Shown piece by piece: positions 60,477-64,000 of a stretch of DNA of 64,000 bases. The position numbers were made by a program, and so were the translations under genes. The number at the start of each line of letters is the position of its first letter. Position 1 is the first letter of the stretch. The stretch comes from Candidatus Poribacteria bacterium (GTDB lineage: Bacteria; Poribacteria; WGA-4E; WGA-3G): assembly GCA_963663765.2 (NCBI GenBank), contig CAXXUA010000004.1, positions 96,001 to 160,000 on the forward strand, in the 5' to 3' direction. The notes under the pieces are model-generated. The model had not been told where the DNA came from. It saw only the letters and a program-made list of their open reading frames with translations, and made no database searches.

Positions 60477-61295
60477 CTATTTATGACAAACTAAACAAGG
60501 TTCCTCGTCATCTTCATCATCGTGAACATCGGTAAGAATTTCTATTAGGCGACGATTCGGTTTTTCCTTTTTCTTGGATTTCTTTGCTTGTTCGGTGCGT
60601 TCCTTGATTTGTGCTATCCGTTCTGGGTCTGCTAATTCCTCTAAACTTTCACCCTGACTCCACGTGAATCGTTCACCTGTTTCTGTGTTGAATTTCTCGT
60701 AACTCTTAGCGAGTTCAAACAGGTCGGGGTGTTGCTCTAAGAGTCCTACCCATTCGGATTTGCGTTGGAAGAAGCAGAAGTAGCACCCGGAACGCGTGCG
60801 CCAGTTGTAATAGTCGGGTAGACCGAGTCCGCTCTCCTCAAGGATTCGGAAAACGTCTTCTTTGGTAATGCCATCCTCTTTGAATGGATATTTAGGGAGT
60901 ATGTTTTGGAGGGCGGTCGTTTTTAAGGGTTTGTAACCGATACGATCCTCATCAGCACGAATAGCGACGTAGTTATATGCATTATCTTTACCTACGTACT
61001 CTTCAAAAGGTCTGATTTTGAGTTTAATTGTGCACCAACGGACTTGTGAGGATGGTAACAAACCACCGTGTAGTGTTAACCAGTGGTCAAAATCGCGTTC
61101 TATGTTGAGTCGTGCGATTGGTTTTCCGAGGAAAGCTTCAAGGCGGTCTAAAAAATCGTAAGTTTCTGGCAGTTCTTTTCCGGTATCGGTAAAGAAGTAT
61201 TCCATCTCTGGCACTCTGTCTCGCATGTAGACAGCAAGTGCTGAACTGTCTTTTCCACCTGATAAACCGAGAAGATGCCGAAATATTTTTGCCAT
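60477..61295 (-). CDS. PAPS-reductase-family protein (SspD/BrxP-like), copy 1
   Basis: Same motifs as copy 2; 9 substitutions in 272 aa by manual comparison. Confidence 0.92.
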   Translation of the reverse strand: MAKIFRHLLGLSGGKDSSALAVYMRDRVPEMEYFFTDTGKELPETYDFLDRLEAFLGKPIARLNIERDFDHWLTLHGGLLPSSQVRWCTIKLKIRPFEEYVGKDNAYNYVAIRADEDRIGYKPLKTTALQNILPKYPFKEDGITKEDVFRILEESGLGLPDYYNWRTRSGCYFCFFQRKSEWVGLLEQHPDLFELAKSYEKFNTETGERFTWSQGESLEELADPERIAQIKERTEQAKKSKKKEKPNRRLIEILTDVHDDEDDEEPCLVCHK

Positions 61296-61397
61296 TTTGT
61301 CCCCTCAATAGATTTATTATATCCTTGATTTATTATATCCTTGTTAATTATGACATGCTAATTAAAATAAGTCAAGAACCATTATTATCATTTTGTG

Positions 61398-64000
61398 TTA
61401 GTTTTCGATGTCTTTTATGACCATTTTTGAGATTCGTGCCAAAACAGCAAGACGAAATTCGGGATTGTAATCCACGTCAAATTCATCAAAAACACTTGTA
61501 ATTGCCTTTACAACTTTTTCTGATTTTTCTTCATCAGACAAGATTACCACGCGTTCTTGTTCGTTTTCATTTGGCGTTGTGATCCCAATTCGTATAGTCT
61601 CACCTGCAATATCTGTGTGATTTATTTTATCATAAGATACGGCTTCAAAATGTCGGAACTTTCTTGCTAATTGAGAGAGATTAATCTCAAATTGTGCTTT
61701 ATCTGTGTCTATCCATGATGCGGGTGGTTTTTTGGCAAGAAAAGTGCCGATTGATTCAATCCAACCCGTGAAGTCATGTCCTTCACTGTATAGATGGATT
61801 AGGAATCCTTTCAGTTGCGTCTCAATCACGATCTCTAACAAGGGTTCTGCCCTTGTAGCTAATTCTGCACGGAGTTGTTGCCCTGTTGACTCCAATGTAA
61901 ACACAGCTGCAAGCATCCGCTCCAGCGAATTTAGTAATCCATCATAAGCACTACCGAGTTCGGAAAGTGCGTCTTGCAATGTGTTGAAAAAGTCTGAAAG
62001 TACCTTTGAGTCTGCTTTTTCAGTACCAAAACTTGGGAATCCGAATGCATTTGGTAAATCCTTAAAAAGGAGATCGTCAGGTTCGCTTGCTTTGCTAACG
62101 ACATTACGTATATTCTTCGCGTTGTCACTCAACTCTTGTGTTTTCAAAGTGTAGTTTGGAAGTTGCGCGATGAACCGCATCAACGGTGTGACGATTGTCA
62201 ATAGGTCAGGATTTTTGGATTCCACAGGTTGATTTAGCATTTTCAGAAAACGTGCAAAAAGGTCAGCGCGTATCCCTGCCATCCGAAATCTTTTTATTTC
62301 AAATTGTTCTGGTGCTTTAATCAACCGTTCAAAGACTGGTATTGATAAGTCAGCAACAAAAGAACCTTTTTCGTAGAGTGCGATTTCTGTTCTGTAATGA
62401 AGAATCACGGCGCATAACAAGATCGGGAGTGGACCATTTCTGACTCCATAAGGTGGTTGTTTGAGGTAATTATATAGGTTTTCAATAGGTTGCCGTGACG
62501 ACTCACAATTATTGAGAAAAGTGTCAATTGCTTTCCAAGTGTAATTTAATTTGTTCTGGTCATCTGGTTTTGGTGGGTGAAATCCCCAAACACCTGATTC
62601 ATAACGGTGTATACCCGTATTCCATAATAGGGATCGATAGATACTCATTTCGGGTGGATAACCGATGATACCGAGATTTTTCTTGTCACCGTTTTCAAGC
62701 ATTGCTTGAATTAGTTTCCTTCGGGCGTTAGTTGAAGCTCCTGAGACTTTACGACGATTGATCAGTTCATTTTGAATGTATGGTGTTTCAGGGAATACCT
62801 CATCACAGATTCTTGATAAATATTTGTTTCTTGTACGTTCGGAATCAATGTTGGTTTGCAAACCTTTATGATACCACATGCATGTATCTTTCTTGTCAGC
62901 ACCATAGATTGCCGATATTCTTTCAGATACTTCTCGTTCAGCATCAGCGAATCGTTTTTTGAGTTCGCGTCTTGCAACTGCATCACCTTCAAGCTCGGGA
63001 GTGTTGTCCTCTACCCAATGTAAATATGCGAGTTGTGTGACTGCATTGGCAAGAAATCCGATGGTGCGTGGAATTGCAATTAGAACTTCCTTACGTTCTG
63101 CAATGTTGATGTTAGTTGCCTTATCTGTAAGTTCCTTAACCTCATTTTCGTTTGCTGGTAAAGCGTAGAGAATAAATCCATCTGCATCCTCAAGAGGCTG
63201 ATTCAAGTCTGAATCAAAACTCTCACAATCGGTGTAACGAACGTTGAAATATCGCAAGGTGCCTGTTTGGTGTAAGTGTCGTCTTGCAACAAGTGGACGT
63301 GTTGGTATGTATCGGGATAGATCCGAGACTAGTGTTGCTTTTGTGTCAACATGTGTTTCTGCATCACGTAGTTTTTCTTCAATATCAACATCGCTTCCTT
63401 CCCAAATTGCGTATATATTGTTATATCTGCGATAGGTTATTATTGAACGTTTTTCCAGATAAGTTAGTGCTTTTGAGAATTCGGAGTCAAATTCTGTTGT
63501 ACCGTTGTCTAATGCGTAATGGAGCAGATCTTTTGATGGTTTCAGATTTGGTATTGCTTCACGTACAATACCGAGTAATCCTATTGTTTTTATCAAATTG
63601 AGCGTAACATCTGAAGGATTTTGAAGTTGCATTATTGCCGAATCAATTTCTGCCCACTTCTTACCGTTGCTTGAAGTAAAGAGTTCGTTACCTTGTGTAG
63701 CATCAAGATAGTCGTATAGGTCAGCGAGGGTGTACATTGGAAGAGTAGCACCGTCGTAATGTTTTTGGGACAGGTAATCTTGTAATCCATTAGGTTCACT
63801 GGAATTAAGAAAAGCAAACAGTGAACGTTCGTTTTGAGCAAAACGTTTAAAAAGAGGTCCGATGAGCAATGCAACTGTAGGATGTAGCGGTAGACACTCT
63901 TGTAACAGGTGTGAAAATACGTTTTCATTTAGTTGTTGTGGAATTAATCCTAATTCAGTTGCAGTACTTAGGTTTTCTTTAGAGATAATCTCATAAGGTT
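61398..64000 (-). CDS. Large ATPase (SspC/BrxC-like), 5' end outside the window
   Basis: Frame is open to the window edge; LPLHP...FAQNERSLFAFL, NELINR, PPYGVRNG motifs; directly upstream of the PAPS reductase. Confidence 0.8.
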   Translation of the reverse strand, partial: PYEIISKENLSTATELGLIPQQLNENVFSHLLQECLPLHPTVALLIGPLFKRFAQNERSLFAFLNSSEPNGLQDYLSQKHYDGATLPMYTLADLYDYLDATQGNELFTSSNGKKWAEIDSAIMQLQNPSDVTLNLIKTIGLLGIVREAIPNLKPSKDLLHYALDNGTTEFDSEFSKALTYLEKRSIITYRRYNNIYAIWEGSDVDIEEKLRDAETHVDTKATLVSDLSRYIPTRPLVARRHLHQTGTLRYFNVRYTDCESFDSDLNQPLEDADGFILYALPANENEVKELTDKATNINIAERKEVLIAIPRTIGFLANAVTQLAYLHWVEDNTPELEGDAVARRELKKRFADAEREVSERISAIYGADKKDTCMWYHKGLQTNIDSERTRNKYLSRICDEVFPETPYIQNELINRRKVSGASTNARRKLIQAMLENGDKKNLGIIGYPPEMSIYRSLLWNTGIHRYESGVWGFHPPKPDDQNKLNYTWKAIDTFLNNCESSRQPIENLYNYLKQPPYGVRNGPLPILLCAVILHYRTEIALYEKGSFVADLSIPVFERLIKAPEQFEIKRFRMAGIRADLFARFLKMLNQPVESKNPDLLTIVTPLMRFIAQLPNYTLKTQELSDNAKNIRNVVSKASEPDDLLFKDLPNAFGFPSFGTEKADSKVLSDFFNTLQDALSELGSAYDGLLNSLERMLAAVFTLESTGQQLRAELATRAEPLLEIVIETQLKGFLIHLYSEGHDFTGWIESIGTFLAKKPPASWIDTDKAQFEINLSQLARKFRHFEAVSYDKINHTDIAGETIRIGITTPNENEQERVVILSDEEKSEKVVKAITSVFDEFDVDYNPEFRLAVLARISKMVIKDIEN

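Overview
Bacterial chromosome window, probably Candidatus Poribacteria (inferred from a LamG protein ending in the SVEP..KLTTTWG.LK motif and from dense REP/MITE content). Left part (1-23.6 kb): a Ro60/TROVE gene (partial, absent from the ORF track) preceded by two Y RNA-like genes, then housekeeping genes (hpt, tilS, tRNA-CAT, GGGP synthase, grpE, dnaJ, prmA, trpD, trpC, birA, TPR protein, rbsK) interspersed with nested MITEs and tandemly amplified GTAG-type REP arms. Right part (23.6-64 kb) is a defence island. It holds a tandem Rpn nuclease array with orphan C-terminal modules, a ~100-repeat CRISPR array, and a non-canonical type I cas operon (large subunit with probable internal Cas11, cas7, cas5, stand-alone HD nuclease, cas3 helicase, cas6, four-helix-bundle gene, cas4-cas1, cas2). 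It also holds a WYL regulator and an Ssp/BREX-4-like locus with a duplicated PAPS-reductase gene, each copy followed by a different cassette. Top finding: a degenerate two-repeat mini-array (49049-49147) with its own promoter. Its 25-nt spacer matches (14/15, sole mismatch at position 6, 5'-GTG flank) the predicted transcription start of the adjacent DUF3800 gene, which is also faced by a promoter-driven ~50-nt small RNA. This is a candidate CRISPR-repressed toxin or cas autoregulation module. All assignments are from reading motifs by eye; no searches were run.
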